Positions 1 through 10,645 of a stretch of DNA of 64,000 nucleotides are shown here, piece by piece. The DNA comes from a virus. The first letter of the stretch is position 1; each line of letters begins with the position of its first letter. The notes beneath the pieces are model-generated. The model saw only the letters and a list, made by a program, of their open reading frames with translations. It did no database searches and was not told where the DNA came from. Position numbers and translations under genes: made by a program. The DNA lies in UHGV virus genome UHGV-0293664; one strand, given 5' to 3'.

Positions 1-396
1 GTGTATAAAGATGGGAACATATTTCTTATTAAAACTTACGGTCACTCAGTAACAGCTAATGAGCCAATCGCCCTCGGGCCTACTGGTAACGACGATTTTT
101 TGAAGACGGTTGGGTGGGAGCCAAACAGAGACATAGCCAGAGCCGGGGATAAAATATCTGTCAATGATGAATTGAAAGTGGTAACAGCTCCAGTGCGTAG
201 CGATGGTGTTGGGTCTGCTGTTATAGGTATATCTCCAAGACTTAGAAAACCTATTGCCGCAGGGGACACCATGAAGATAATAACTCAATCTCCGAAGGGT
301 AGGTTTCATATCAGAGATATTTATAAAATTAAGCAAAAAGTCGATGCTATGCAAAAAGGTGATAATATAGTTATCAACTTCTTTGAGGATTTTTAA
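1..396 (+). CDS. Tail-module protein, probably truncated at window edge
   Basis: ORF in frame from position 1; stop TAA 394-396 two nt before next tail gene; no motif recognised. Confidence 0.45.
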   Translation: MYKDGNIFLIKTYGHSVTANEPIALGPTGNDDFLKTVGWEPNRDIARAGDKISVNDELKVVTAPVRSDGVGSAVIGISPRLRKPIAAGDTMKIITQSPKGRFHIRDIYKIKQKVDAMQKGDNIVINFFEDF

Positions 397-397
397 G

Positions 398-949
398 ATG
401 ATCAGAGCGCCATTAGATAATTTATTTCTTGAAAAGCTGGAGCTTGATGGTGTTGAGATCTTAATTGCTGCAAAGCTGGAGCTACCGACAGGAACTGTCA
501 GGGTGTGCTCAGGCACTGGTGTTGTAGTAATTGAGGGGCAACATTTTATAGGGATAGGGGGATCAGCAACATTAACTGCTGTGTCTGAGAAAGATGCCAC
601 CAACTTCGGATCTGTGGTAGCAACATTAAACGGGTTTGATCCTAAGTATGTGGGTGATCTGCTGAAGACAGAGTATTCTGGTTGTCGTGCCACGTTGTAC
701 ATTACCGCTATGGAGAATGGTCTGCCTGTCACAACCAATGGCTTGTTTGACGGTCTTATAACAGATATGGCTATTCAGACAGGAGAGAATAGTGCTTTGT
801 CCATATCCATCTCTTCCATCTTCAACAGCTGGTTAAGAGGTTTTCCTTATCGGTACACTGAGGAAAGCCACAGCTCAAGAAACGATAACGACAGATTTTT
901 TAAATATGTGGATCAGGTGGCGAGCCGCCCGATCATTTGGGAGGTTTAA
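398..949 (+). CDS. Minor tail protein (tail-tip assembly module)
   Basis: ATG 398 just after upstream stop; stop overlaps next start (TAATG 947-951); sits upstream of gpJ-like gene. Confidence 0.55.
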   Translation: MIRAPLDNLFLEKLELDGVEILIAAKLELPTGTVRVCSGTGVVVIEGQHFIGIGGSATLTAVSEKDATNFGSVVATLNGFDPKYVGDLLKTEYSGCRATLYITAMENGLPVTTNGLFDGLITDMAIQTGENSALSISISSIFNSWLRGFPYRYTEESHSSRNDNDRFFKYVDQVASRPIIWEV

Positions 950-1374
950 TGAGCACACATCCTCGTTTAGTGGACTGGCAAGAAAGATTGTGGAAAGTGT
1001 TTGACGAAGAGGCCACCATACCTTTTGAATGGGGATTCCACGATTGTTGCACCTTTGCGGCTAAGTGTGTTGATGCCCAATACGGAACAGATTTTCTTTC
1101 TAACTTCGAAGGAACGTATAAAACAGAGTTGGAAAGCAAGAGATGGTGCATGCTTCATTTCAAAACCACACACCTGCCCACTATTTTTGATTTCTTTATG
1201 ACTCGGCTGGACACTCCTAAACAGGTTCAGCGTGGCGATATTGTTATCTTCAAAGGTCTGAACGGCCTCACAGCTGGTGTGTTCTGGAACAACCAGATTT
1301 GGGCGAAAGGTGATAAAGGGGTCTTTATGTTCGACATGAAAGATTCTATCGTTGTTGATGTCTGGAGGTATTAA
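949..1374 (+). CDS. Tail assembly protein, possibly NlpC/P60-like peptidase (gpK/gpI position)
   Basis: ATG 949; FEWGFHDCCTF Cys motif; stop overlaps start of gpJ-like gene. Confidence 0.45.
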   Translation: MSTHPRLVDWQERLWKVFDEEATIPFEWGFHDCCTFAAKCVDAQYGTDFLSNFEGTYKTELESKRWCMLHFKTTHLPTIFDFFMTRLDTPKQVQRGDIVIFKGLNGLTAGVFWNNQIWAKGDKGVFMFDMKDSIVVDVWRY

Positions 1375-4300
1375 TGCCAATTGCAATGATTGATAACATC
1401 GTTGCTTCTGCAAGATCTTCAAGTTATGACTGGAACGCATCCAAGGCAGCTCTGGCTGACAGCCTGAACACTGTTACCACCAGAACTCTGGATAAGATTT
1501 TTGAGGGCAACAAATCTTACAGAAGTCAGCAAGATAGACAAAAGCTTCTCAGATCTTCTGCTGCACCCTGCTCTGTAGTGTATGGGAAGACACGCACATC
1601 CGGATTGCTTGCGTTTTTGGAGCAGGACAGAGACAGAACCCTCCATTGTGCTATTGTTCTTGCCAATCATCCTCTAGAAGGTATAGAAGACATACTCATC
1701 GACGGTAATCCTATTTCCTCGTATGGAGATCTGGTATCGTGGGAGCTACATAACGACAGAAAAACATCTGATCCTTTCATGGGTACACACTGCCCATCAT
1801 GGTCACCTGACATGATAGGTAGAGGGATCAGTTGGCTACGTGCCAGCTTCAGGTTTGACCCTAACAAGTTTCCTTTTGGGTTGCCAAACGTTACACTCGT
1901 TAAGGTTGGTAAAAAATGCTATGATCCTCGCATCAGTAAAGAGGTGTATACCAATAACGCGGCCTTGGTGATTCTAGACTATTTAAGAACGTACCTTAAA
2001 TGTCCTGACGAAACCATCAACTGGGAGTCCTTCAAGGAGGCTGCTAACATATGCGACGAGGCGGTAAAAAACGCAGACGGAACCAGTGAGCGCCGATACA
2101 CCATTAATGGCGAGTTTGACATGGACGAGGCTCCGGCAAGCATTATGGCAGAAATGCTGAAAGCTTGTGGCGCAGATCTCAGCTATGTAGCTGGTAAGTA
2201 TGGTTTGCTGGTTGGTGCATACTATGGCCCGGCAACAATGACGCTGAGTGAGGATTGTGTCTGTGGTGAGGTTAAGATCTATCCGGAAGCCTCGTTTGAC
2301 AAAAGATCCAACACAATAACTGGCAGATTCACCAGTCCGACCAAAGGGTATTCTGAAACAGATTTTCCATCAGTGTTTGTCCCAGAGTGGATAGAGAAGG
2401 ATGGAGAAAGAAAGATAATCGATATAGACTACCGCTTTGTTACCAGCCCTTATCAAGCTCAGCGTGTTTCTGCAATATTTTTAAGACGTGCTAGAGCTGG
2501 CAGGATTATTGAAGTCACCTGCAATATGCGAGGTTTTAAATTTAAACCTGGCCGTTACGTTACAATGAATCTCCCAAGTATTGGTATAGTGGGCCAAGAA
2601 ATGAGGGTTCTTGAGTGGGAGTTCACCAAAAAGGGCGGTGTCAAGGTAAAACTTCGTCAAGATGCTAAAGAGTGGAATGATGCCACAGGGCAACTTCCGG
2701 ATTCTGGCGATGTAGATATTCCGATATCCCCATCCGGTGTAGCTCAACCGCAAAACTTCAGATACTCCGTCCTCCAAGCTGGGGAAATAACTCACGGTGT
2801 TCTGGCTTGGGACAACGTTGGGACTTACGCTCAAAATATTGTGCAGGTAAGAAAGAACGGAGAGATTGTTTGGACAGCACAGACAGTTGAGCAGTTTGTC
2901 CGAGTAGAAGGCTTGACCAAAGGGTCATACACAGCAACCGTGGTTGCAACATCCTATAAAGGTGGTGTATCTCCAGAAGCGTACTGCGAGTTTAACATTC
3001 AGGCACCTGAAGCTCCGGTTTCTGTAGAGGTTAAGCAGGGATATTTCGCTATCACCTTGATTCCGCATAGTAGGGATTTAGCAAGCGTAAGCACCCAGTA
3101 TGACTTTTGGACATCTGGTATGACAAGGTTGCCAGACACCAGTGATGCTACCGTTACTTCAAAAGCCACCCGTATGGGTGTTGGTTCAACTTGGACGTCT
3201 GAAGGTCTCCAGAACGATAAGGTTTATTATTGGTATATTCGAACCACAAACGCTTTTGGTAGCTCTCAGTTTGTAGAATGCGCTGCACGCTGCTATACCT
3301 CTATTGAGGATTTGATGCCTCAGATAGATGCTGAATTCAAAAAGACAGAAACTTATAAAGAGTTGATGAGCACTTTGGATTCCTCTATTGAAGAGGTTGA
3401 AAATCGTGTCACAGAACTTAACAGGTACATGGATGGTAGGGTAGATGAAGCGTTCCAACAACTTGGGGACAGAATAGGTGCGGTAGTTACAGAAACAACT
3501 CAGAAGTTTGAAGATGTCAATGGTAACATTACAGCGCTGGATAGGAAACTTGTTGCTGCACAGAACAAATTCACCAACGATCTGAACACTGAAAGTGGCA
3601 GACTGGCATCTCTGATCGAGACAACCAATAAAGCAACTACTGATCTTCTGAACAAAAAGACAGAGGCTTTAGATGAGAAATTGGTTGCCGCCAAAGGTGA
3701 GCTGGTAGAGCAGATAGAGGGAGTTGAGAGCGGGTATTTAGCCGGAGATAAAACTCTGGATGGTAAGATCAATACTCAGAGAACAGAACTTGACGCAAGC
3801 ATCTTGAGCACTAACCAGGCAACTGTGGATCTTTTGAACAGGACATCTGAAACTCTGGATCAAAAGATCAGTCAGACAAACGCGACGGTATCTAAAAACT
3901 ATACCACCCTGGATGGCAAGATAACCACCGCAAAAACTGACCTCAACACCTTGATTGCCAATACCAACAAGGCCACCACTGACTTGTTGAATCAGAAAAC
4001 ATCTGCACTGTCAGAGCAGATAACTTCTGCACGTGGGGAGATTTCTACCAACAAGCAGGCGATTGATGCTTTGGATGGAAAACTGACTTCCACAAAAACA
4101 GCGCTGGATGCTACAATTTCCGATACCAACAAAGCCACTGTGGACCTTATCAACGGCACAGCGTCAGCTATTCGTCAAGAACTTGCTGTTGCTAAGCAGG
4201 AGATCATTGATGATGTTGGGGATGTGTCCGAGATCAGGGCTGCAGTAGCTACAACATCTAAGGCTGTAACCGACTTGGAGGGTAAAGTAAATGCTCAGTG

Positions 4301-5213
4301 GGGTACAAAAATACAGGTGGACTCCGCAGGGAATAAATATGTTGCAGGTATCCAGTTGGGGATGGAAGGGTCTGGGGGCCAAGTTCAATCCTACTTCATG
4401 GTTAGCGCAAACAATTTTGCGGTATACAACCCCGGCAATGGAACAGCAACCCTTGCTTTCGCAATCAAGAACAACCAAGCGTTCTTGAAAGACGCTTTTA
4501 TAGAGAATGGCACGATCTCTTCTGCCAAGATCGCACAAGAAATTTCGTCAAACAACTACGATGGCAACGGGTACCATAAATACGGTTGGTATATTAACAA
4601 GAACGGGCACGCCCAATTTATGGATGTGTGGGTGAAAGGCAACATCAACGCCAGTTCTGGTAACTTCACAGGGGCAGTTAACGCCACTAGTGGTACCTTC
4701 CGTGGGGATGTTTATGCCAACAATGGTAGCTTTAGGGGCACCATAGATGCAACCGGAGGTACCTTCCGTGGGCGTGTAGAAGCTTCTGTTATCCGCGCTA
4801 ACCAGTTCGAAGGTGCAATTGTTGCACACAGGACTTACGGAGATTGTGCTCCAGTATATAACTCCCGGCAAAGGGTTTGCCGTTGGAGGTGGAGATATGT
4901 GGACAACGTGCAAGGCCAAGGTAAAAACGTAACATTCTTCTTTAAACTGAACGGTACTCGTGCCAACTCTCAACTAAATGCGTGGATAGCTGGTCACCAA
5001 CTACTTGCTGGCAAGAAGTACGGAAACGATAACGATGGCATGTGTGCAGTTGGGATAACAGGTCTAGGTGAACAAACTATAGACATTATTATCGAGATTT
5101 ACACACCATGGTCAACAGGGAACGTGACAGGCATTACAATATCTTGTCCTACAGTCGTTGTAAGTCGTTCTAACTCAAGTTTCCAAGGTCCTTGGAATGA
5201 GTCTCACGACTAA
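1374..5213 (+). CDS. Central tail fibre / host-specificity protein (lambda gpJ-like) with inserted coiled-coil repeat segment
   Basis: 1279 aa; GYFAITLIPH, YYWYIRTTNAFGSSQFVE and YVAGIQLGMEG segments align to lambda J from memory; periodic TTDLLN/ATVDLLN repeats. Confidence 0.85.
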   Translation: MPIAMIDNIVASARSSSYDWNASKAALADSLNTVTTRTLDKIFEGNKSYRSQQDRQKLLRSSAAPCSVVYGKTRTSGLLAFLEQDRDRTLHCAIVLANHPLEGIEDILIDGNPISSYGDLVSWELHNDRKTSDPFMGTHCPSWSPDMIGRGISWLRASFRFDPNKFPFGLPNVTLVKVGKKCYDPRISKEVYTNNAALVILDYLRTYLKCPDETINWESFKEAANICDEAVKNADGTSERRYTINGEFDMDEAPASIMAEMLKACGADLSYVAGKYGLLVGAYYGPATMTLSEDCVCGEVKIYPEASFDKRSNTITGRFTSPTKGYSETDFPSVFVPEWIEKDGERKIIDIDYRFVTSPYQAQRVSAIFLRRARAGRIIEVTCNMRGFKFKPGRYVTMNLPSIGIVGQEMRVLEWEFTKKGGVKVKLRQDAKEWNDATGQLPDSGDVDIPISPSGVAQPQNFRYSVLQAGEITHGVLAWDNVGTYAQNIVQVRKNGEIVWTAQTVEQFVRVEGLTKGSYTATVVATSYKGGVSPEAYCEFNIQAPEAPVSVEVKQGYFAITLIPHSRDLASVSTQYDFWTSGMTRLPDTSDATVTSKATRMGVGSTWTSEGLQNDKVYYWYIRTTNAFGSSQFVECAARCYTSIEDLMPQIDAEFKKTETYKELMSTLDSSIEEVENRVTELNRYMDGRVDEAFQQLGDRIGAVVTETTQKFEDVNGNITALDRKLVAAQNKFTNDLNTESGRLASLIETTNKATTDLLNKKTEALDEKLVAAKGELVEQIEGVESGYLAGDKTLDGKINTQRTELDASILSTNQATVDLLNRTSETLDQKISQTNATVSKNYTTLDGKITTAKTDLNTLIANTNKATTDLLNQKTSALSEQITSARGEISTNKQAIDALDGKLTSTKTALDATISDTNKATVDLINGTASAIRQELAVAKQEIIDDVGDVSEIRAAVATTSKAVTDLEGKVNAQWGTKIQVDSAGNKYVAGIQLGMEGSGGQVQSYFMVSANNFAVYNPGNGTATLAFAIKNNQAFLKDAFIENGTISSAKIAQEISSNNYDGNGYHKYGWYINKNGHAQFMDVWVKGNINASSGNFTGAVNATSGTFRGDVYANNGSFRGTIDATGGTFRGRVEASVIRANQFEGAIVAHRTYGDCAPVYNSRQRVCRWRWRYVDNVQGQGKNVTFFFKLNGTRANSQLNAWIAGHQLLAGKKYGNDNDGMCAVGITGLGEQTIDIIIEIYTPWSTGNVTGITISCPTVVVSRSNSSFQGPWNESHD

Positions 5214-5217
5214 CAGT

Positions 5218-5246
5218 AAAGCCCCGCTTCGGCGGGGTTTATTTTT
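5218..5246 (+). terminator. Rho-independent terminator
   Basis: CCCCGC-TTCG-GCGGGG hairpin followed by T-run. Confidence 0.8.
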
Positions 5247-5255
5247 ATGCTCAGA

Positions 5256-5284
5256 TTGACTATTGTTACAAAATTTGGTAAAAT
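5256..5284 (+). promoter_or_regulatory. sigma70-like promoter
   Basis: TTGACT, 17-nt spacer, TAAAAT. Confidence 0.55.
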
Positions 5285-5317
5285 ACCTTGTAGAGATTTT
5301 CATACCGGAGGAGTGAC

Positions 5318-6808
5318 GTGGCTAAGTATGGATTGACAGAGGCTGGTTTCGTTATACCAACCCTAAATGACCTAATCGTTGAAACTAAGCAAAGCCTGAT
5401 CCGTGCTTTTGGCGAAAACTTCAACGTACAGAGTAACTCCGTTGCAGATAAGCTGACCACTATCTTCAACGAGCGAGAGTATCAACTTATTCTTATGGCA
5501 GCATCTGTATACGCATCACAGACGCTGTATGGGGCAGAAGGTATTTACCTGGATGAGCTTCTTGGAAGACAAGGTATTTACCGAAGAGGCCGTTCTAAAT
5601 CATCAGGTACCTGCCAGTTGACAATCAACACAACTGTGCCGTACAATATGATTTACGATTCCAAAACTTACACACTGGACAGTGGGAACTTTGTTCTTAG
5701 CAATGACGTGCAGGTAGCGGGAAATCTTATTGCTCATAGGATAAACGCTCCAGATCTAAGAATTGGGAAATACAACTTTCAAATTACCAACCAGACAGAT
5801 GGAAGTATCAAAACAAAAAGTCTGGTTTTAACAGATAAGGCTCTGGACTCTTCTGATCTGCCAAGCTTTTACGGAGAGATTAAGCAGTTCATTGTCGATA
5901 ATACAACCCTGTTGAACGACGATTTGATTCAGATCGATATGTTGACAGGAACGTTGTGGATAGGGTACAATTCGAATCTTGATCAAGTTGGACTTAATAG
6001 TAGAGTAGATTTCAGGGTATCCCCGATTGTAGGGGAAAGAACTATTACCCTGGATGTTATCGCTAACGAGGCTGGTGAGCTGTCAAGAGAGGCAGAAACC
6101 GTGACAACAATGTCGCCTACTCCCAGCGGATTTATCAAACTCACCAACCGAGAAAGATTCAATGAGGGTAGGGATGTTGAGAAAGACTCAGAGTATCGCT
6201 TAAGAGCTTCCAGCACAAAACAGTTAACATCTAAGGCTACCCGTCCTGCAATCCTTAGCGCTGTAAGCGAGGTGAAAGGTGTTGAGAAAGTGAGAGTGTT
6301 CTCCAACAACACCGATAAAACTGATGCTAAAGGTATACCTCCTTACAAGTTCCAAGTGGTTGTGTTTGGTGGTGCAACGGAAGACATTTGCCAAGCACTT
6401 TACCAAACTATAGCCTGCACGAACAGGACTTATGGTAATATTTTCTACGATGTCACTACATCTGACGGTCAAACTGAAAGAATTTATTACTCCAAGGCAA
6501 ATACCTACCGCCTAGATGTAAGAATTACCTACTCCGGTGCTGCGCTTTCCACAACCGAAAAAGATGCCATTACAGAGGCCCTTTTGCATGTTGTTAACGG
6601 ACTAGATGTTGCAGATACGTTGTACAATATCCAATTGGTCGGTGCTGCATCTGCTGCTGTGTCGATAGGCAGATTTAATAGACTGGTAATTCAAGTTAAA
6701 CCAGTAGGAGCTTCTGATGAAGCTTACACTACAAACGATATTGTTGCGAACATGACCGAGGTGTTTGACCTCGACGAAAGTAATATAACTTTCCAACAAA
6801 CTATTTAA
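5318..6808 (+). CDS. Tail/baseplate structural protein
   Basis: 496 aa; GTG start with GGAGGAG RBS; located in tail module. Confidence 0.5.
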   Translation: MAKYGLTEAGFVIPTLNDLIVETKQSLIRAFGENFNVQSNSVADKLTTIFNEREYQLILMAASVYASQTLYGAEGIYLDELLGRQGIYRRGRSKSSGTCQLTINTTVPYNMIYDSKTYTLDSGNFVLSNDVQVAGNLIAHRINAPDLRIGKYNFQITNQTDGSIKTKSLVLTDKALDSSDLPSFYGEIKQFIVDNTTLLNDDLIQIDMLTGTLWIGYNSNLDQVGLNSRVDFRVSPIVGERTITLDVIANEAGELSREAETVTTMSPTPSGFIKLTNRERFNEGRDVEKDSEYRLRASSTKQLTSKATRPAILSAVSEVKGVEKVRVFSNNTDKTDAKGIPPYKFQVVVFGGATEDICQALYQTIACTNRTYGNIFYDVTTSDGQTERIYYSKANTYRLDVRITYSGAALSTTEKDAITEALLHVVNGLDVADTLYNIQLVGAASAAVSIGRFNRLVIQVKPVGASDEAYTTNDIVANMTEVFDLDESNITFQQTI

Positions 6809-6819
6809 GGCGGCGAGAT

Positions 6820-7506
6820 ATGGCAGAGATTAAGTCGGATGTTAACCACATCCACACTCTGCCAGATTTTGTTCAGGGAGGTCTTGACTACCTGCCTGGA
6901 GATTTTCTGGCTGAGAAGGTTAATTTAGTCACATTCTTAACCGTGTACCTTAAAAGGTTGGAGGATGTTGATAAGATGCTGGTAGGTTTGGCTGAAGGAA
7001 GATTGCTTAACAATGCCAGCGGAAGATACCTTGACGAGGTTGGTAATCAACTTGGTATTCTTAGGAATGGACTTTCAGATGCTGATTTTCGTGCCACACT
7101 AATTATTCAGCAGGCCGCAGCATCAAGGGGCGGGACTCGCGAAGATGTCATCTCCACCTTGCGACAATTGTTCGGAAGAGACAATTTCGATACGTGGAAA
7201 GGAGACAACTTCCGGTTTGACATAAATATTAGAAAAACTTGCTTTGACATATTGCAGTCTATCGATCAGATCTTAGATATGCTACCATTGCCTTGTCATT
7301 TGCGTCTTACAGAATCGCAAGGGCAAGCTTTTGGTTTTGAAGGGGACTCTACAGCTCTTGGCTTCGGATCAGTGTGGGAAGAAAACCAATTCGGAGTTGG
7401 TGGGCTGGCTACTTTGCTGTATGTTCCTGACGTAAGACCTGATTGGGACACCACAACCATTTATTGTGAAAGTATTACAGTAAACGCAACTAGACAGGAG
7501 GGTTAA
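6820..7506 (+). CDS. Tail/baseplate structural protein
   Basis: 228 aa; RBS present; stop/start coupled to next gene. Confidence 0.5.
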   Translation: MAEIKSDVNHIHTLPDFVQGGLDYLPGDFLAEKVNLVTFLTVYLKRLEDVDKMLVGLAEGRLLNNASGRYLDEVGNQLGILRNGLSDADFRATLIIQQAAASRGGTREDVISTLRQLFGRDNFDTWKGDNFRFDINIRKTCFDILQSIDQILDMLPLPCHLRLTESQGQAFGFEGDSTALGFGSVWEENQFGVGGLATLLYVPDVRPDWDTTTIYCESITVNATRQEG

Positions 7507-9578
7507 TGGCAACAGCTGTTTTTAAACCTTACCGTGATTACTCTACAATGGCTGCACAGTTTCATTACCGCACAGTTCAGGATACTGCCGTTCCTGGTAG
7601 GGATTATGATCATGTTGAGGGCGATGTAACTATCCCAGTCGGGGCAACCAGTATTGAGATTCCGGTGGAAATTGTTGACAAATTGCCCAACAGATTGCCA
7701 AGAAGCTTCTTTATGGAGTTTTCATCAAAATCTCAAGGGGTGATGATTGGGACACAAAGGGCGAAATGTACAATAGTTTCAGATGAGAATCTTGACAGGA
7801 TATCTTGGGATACTGTCGAGGAGAGAATGTTCCACCCAAGATATTGGGTTACAAATACTCAGCAGACTGAAAGTACCTGTATTGTTGCAGATAACAACTG
7901 TTGTATTAACCGTTTAGTGTCAAGAACATATGGAGGTGTGGCTGGGTGCATTTGGGAAACAGTTGACAAGTATGACCATTTCGGTATTGGGTTTGATGAT
8001 CACTATGAGATGAGAAACACCAAGCTTTGGTTCAGAATGTCAATAACCAACGCCAGCAACTTCTCCACTCCTGAAAAGATGATTATGACTGTAGACCTTG
8101 TTGATGGCACAATCATCTATGTTCCTTTAGCTCAATATGCTGTCAGCATCTCAGAGGATAAGAATGTTGCAGAAATTCATATTGATTTTGAGGACTGCGT
8201 CGGGATGGACCAGAACAACAACATGATGGGTGTTGATCCTCGGCAGGTGAGAAGGATTTTAATACCGCTCATGCCTAAAGACTGGGTAAGTAATAGCACA
8301 GACCCGAGAACGGAAAATGTAGAGTGTGAGTTGCGCCTAGATTTGCTTCAGCCAGACACAGGCTGGAAAATGATGCAACTTAACAATATTCAGGTGAGAG
8401 AGCACGACGTTGGGATCTGCACCGCATATGACGATATGTGGAACGTATCTCCTTTAAGGGTGTTGAACAATATCAAGCGTCTGGGCTATACCGGAACCAT
8501 AAACCATTATGTTGGTATGAGTCATTATTATGACTACACATGGTCAGGAACCCAATGGTCTATAAACAGAACAGGAGCGCTAAACGCTGCAGCTTATAAA
8601 TGGCATGATGATTTTATGTACAATGCCAAACGACATAACTTCGACGTTATGCAATCTGTAAGTTTTGAGCTTTTCAGCGATGCCTGCCCGTTGGAATGGA
8701 CCCAAAGAGACTGGAACGATAACTATGCTAAAACAGGCTATACGCCTTGTAGTTACCTCCTATCTCCAACCATTGAAGAGGGTATGAATTTCCTTACTGC
8801 AGTATTTAAGAATTTTGCATCAGCCGCTATGAGAAACAATCTGCCAGTGATTATGCAGATTGGTGAACCGTGGTGGTGGTTCAATACCGATACTCGTAAG
8901 CCTTGTATTTATGACTACCCTACAAAACAGGCGTTTTATGATGAGACTGGTGAATATGCACTAGACATTGGGACTATTGACGATCCTAAAACTGGCGGTG
9001 TTTATGACAAGTATGTAGCATTTTGTCGTGGTAAGCTTGGCGCTCGTATTGCGGCTATTTCAAAGGCAATAAAGGCACACGCTGCATCAGCTCAGATGAC
9101 AGCTCTGCTGTTTTTCCCAACCATTATGGAAACCGAGCTTACGCAAAAGCTGAACCTTGCTGACCAATATAAAAAAGAAGCAGGTGCTCTTGATTTCTTC
9201 TGCACTGAGTGCTACGATTGGGTGATGCAGGGAGGTATTGAAAAGGCAAAAGAGTCTGTAAACATACCTATCGTTAAGTTAGGTTGGCAACCGTCTGAAA
9301 TACAATACCTTGCAGGGTTCGTTCCTAGCAAAGAGCTTGCTCCGGTATATGGCTACGACCCAACCAGGAATTACCAAGAATTTTTATGGAGATGTATCTG
9401 CGGAAACATGGCAACCATAGAGTATAGATACCCTGAGGTAAAACAGTATGTGTGGGCATACCCGCAAGTAATGTCTGACAGCATCACTGTTACCGCTAGG
9501 GATTCTACCGTGCTTCATATAGGGCAGGTTGCTCTGAAAGGGTATGTAGAAGATGTTGTCCCGCCAGACTTCTCATAA
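7506..9578 (+). CDS. Tail/baseplate structural protein
   Basis: 690 aa; ATGA-type coupling with upstream gene. Confidence 0.5.
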   Translation: MATAVFKPYRDYSTMAAQFHYRTVQDTAVPGRDYDHVEGDVTIPVGATSIEIPVEIVDKLPNRLPRSFFMEFSSKSQGVMIGTQRAKCTIVSDENLDRISWDTVEERMFHPRYWVTNTQQTESTCIVADNNCCINRLVSRTYGGVAGCIWETVDKYDHFGIGFDDHYEMRNTKLWFRMSITNASNFSTPEKMIMTVDLVDGTIIYVPLAQYAVSISEDKNVAEIHIDFEDCVGMDQNNNMMGVDPRQVRRILIPLMPKDWVSNSTDPRTENVECELRLDLLQPDTGWKMMQLNNIQVREHDVGICTAYDDMWNVSPLRVLNNIKRLGYTGTINHYVGMSHYYDYTWSGTQWSINRTGALNAAAYKWHDDFMYNAKRHNFDVMQSVSFELFSDACPLEWTQRDWNDNYAKTGYTPCSYLLSPTIEEGMNFLTAVFKNFASAAMRNNLPVIMQIGEPWWWFNTDTRKPCIYDYPTKQAFYDETGEYALDIGTIDDPKTGGVYDKYVAFCRGKLGARIAAISKAIKAHAASAQMTALLFFPTIMETELTQKLNLADQYKKEAGALDFFCTECYDWVMQGGIEKAKESVNIPIVKLGWQPSEIQYLAGFVPSKELAPVYGYDPTRNYQEFLWRCICGNMATIEYRYPEVKQYVWAYPQVMSDSITVTARDSTVLHIGQVALKGYVEDVVPPDFS

Positions 9579-9590
9579 TCAGGAGATAAA

Positions 9591-10631
9591 ATGTCAAAAC
9601 CTAGTTTTCCATTAGAGATTTGGGCAGAGGAGGATCAGGTTCTGCCTAACACCCACAGACAGAACAGGCTACGCCCGATTGATGATTTGTGGAGAAAAGG
9701 TTGGGATCTTGGTCAAAAGCCATCCTGTGAAGAACTTAACTATATTTTCAATATGCTCGGGACTTGGGCAAAATACATTGCTGACGAGCAGATCCCCGCT
9801 CAAGAAGGCCGCTATCTGGTACGTGATAATAACTTGAGTGATCTTTTAAACATCCCTGTTGCCCGTAGAAACCTTGGAATTATTACTAAGGAAGAGGCAG
9901 ACGCCAGGTATGTAAAAGTTACAGGTGATACAATGACAGGCCCATTGGGTTTGCAACGTATCAACTTTAAAGCTGCCGAGACAGATAAGGCTTGGATAGA
10001 GACAACTATTGGCCCAGATAAGACAACTCTTGACTTTGGGTTAAGTGATAATATTGGGGCGTTCGATGATGGTGGCACATCTACAGTGGATGCGTTCCGT
10101 TGGAGATTCCAGCCAACTCAGCCGGACATTAATCCAGAGTTCACTTTAATGTACCTGAACGCAATCACGGCTAATCGTGCGTTGTTGAAAGTGGTGGGCA
10201 ATGTTGAAGTTGTTGATAACATGCGGTGTAATAACCTCACCATTAGTAGCACAGCAACATTCACTAACTGCAATGTAGCCAGTCAGTTGACAGCTGGGTC
10301 AGTATATGTCAATGGCGGTGCAAGTTGTGATAGTATGGTTGTAAGAAGCCAGCATTGTGTTGTCGGTAACAGAAATGTGGTGCGCTCTGTGAATGGAGTG
10401 ACGGCTAACGGCAACGGCGATGTAACGATCACCATCCCACAGACAGGTGTACAGGATATCAGAATCGGTGCAAGACTTGTTGATGGCGTTTCTGAATCTC
10501 CAATCCGCAACGGATACGTTGTCACAGGTTGGCATTTTGGTGACAAAAAAGAGATGCGTGGTTCAACTTACTGGGCAGGACCTTTACAAAAACTTGTAAA
10601 TGGTCAATGGATCACTGTTAATTATGCATAG
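9591..10631 (+). CDS. Tail fibre / receptor-binding protein, paralog A
   Basis: 346 aa; N-term MSKPSFPLEIWA and C-term KLVNGQWITVNYA shared with 11646..12689. Confidence 0.65.
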   Translation: MSKPSFPLEIWAEEDQVLPNTHRQNRLRPIDDLWRKGWDLGQKPSCEELNYIFNMLGTWAKYIADEQIPAQEGRYLVRDNNLSDLLNIPVARRNLGIITKEEADARYVKVTGDTMTGPLGLQRINFKAAETDKAWIETTIGPDKTTLDFGLSDNIGAFDDGGTSTVDAFRWRFQPTQPDINPEFTLMYLNAITANRALLKVVGNVEVVDNMRCNNLTISSTATFTNCNVASQLTAGSVYVNGGASCDSMVVRSQHCVVGNRNVVRSVNGVTANGNGDVTITIPQTGVQDIRIGARLVDGVSESPIRNGYVVTGWHFGDKKEMRGSTYWAGPLQKLVNGQWITVNYA

Positions 10632-10645
10632 ATCGGAGGACTAGC

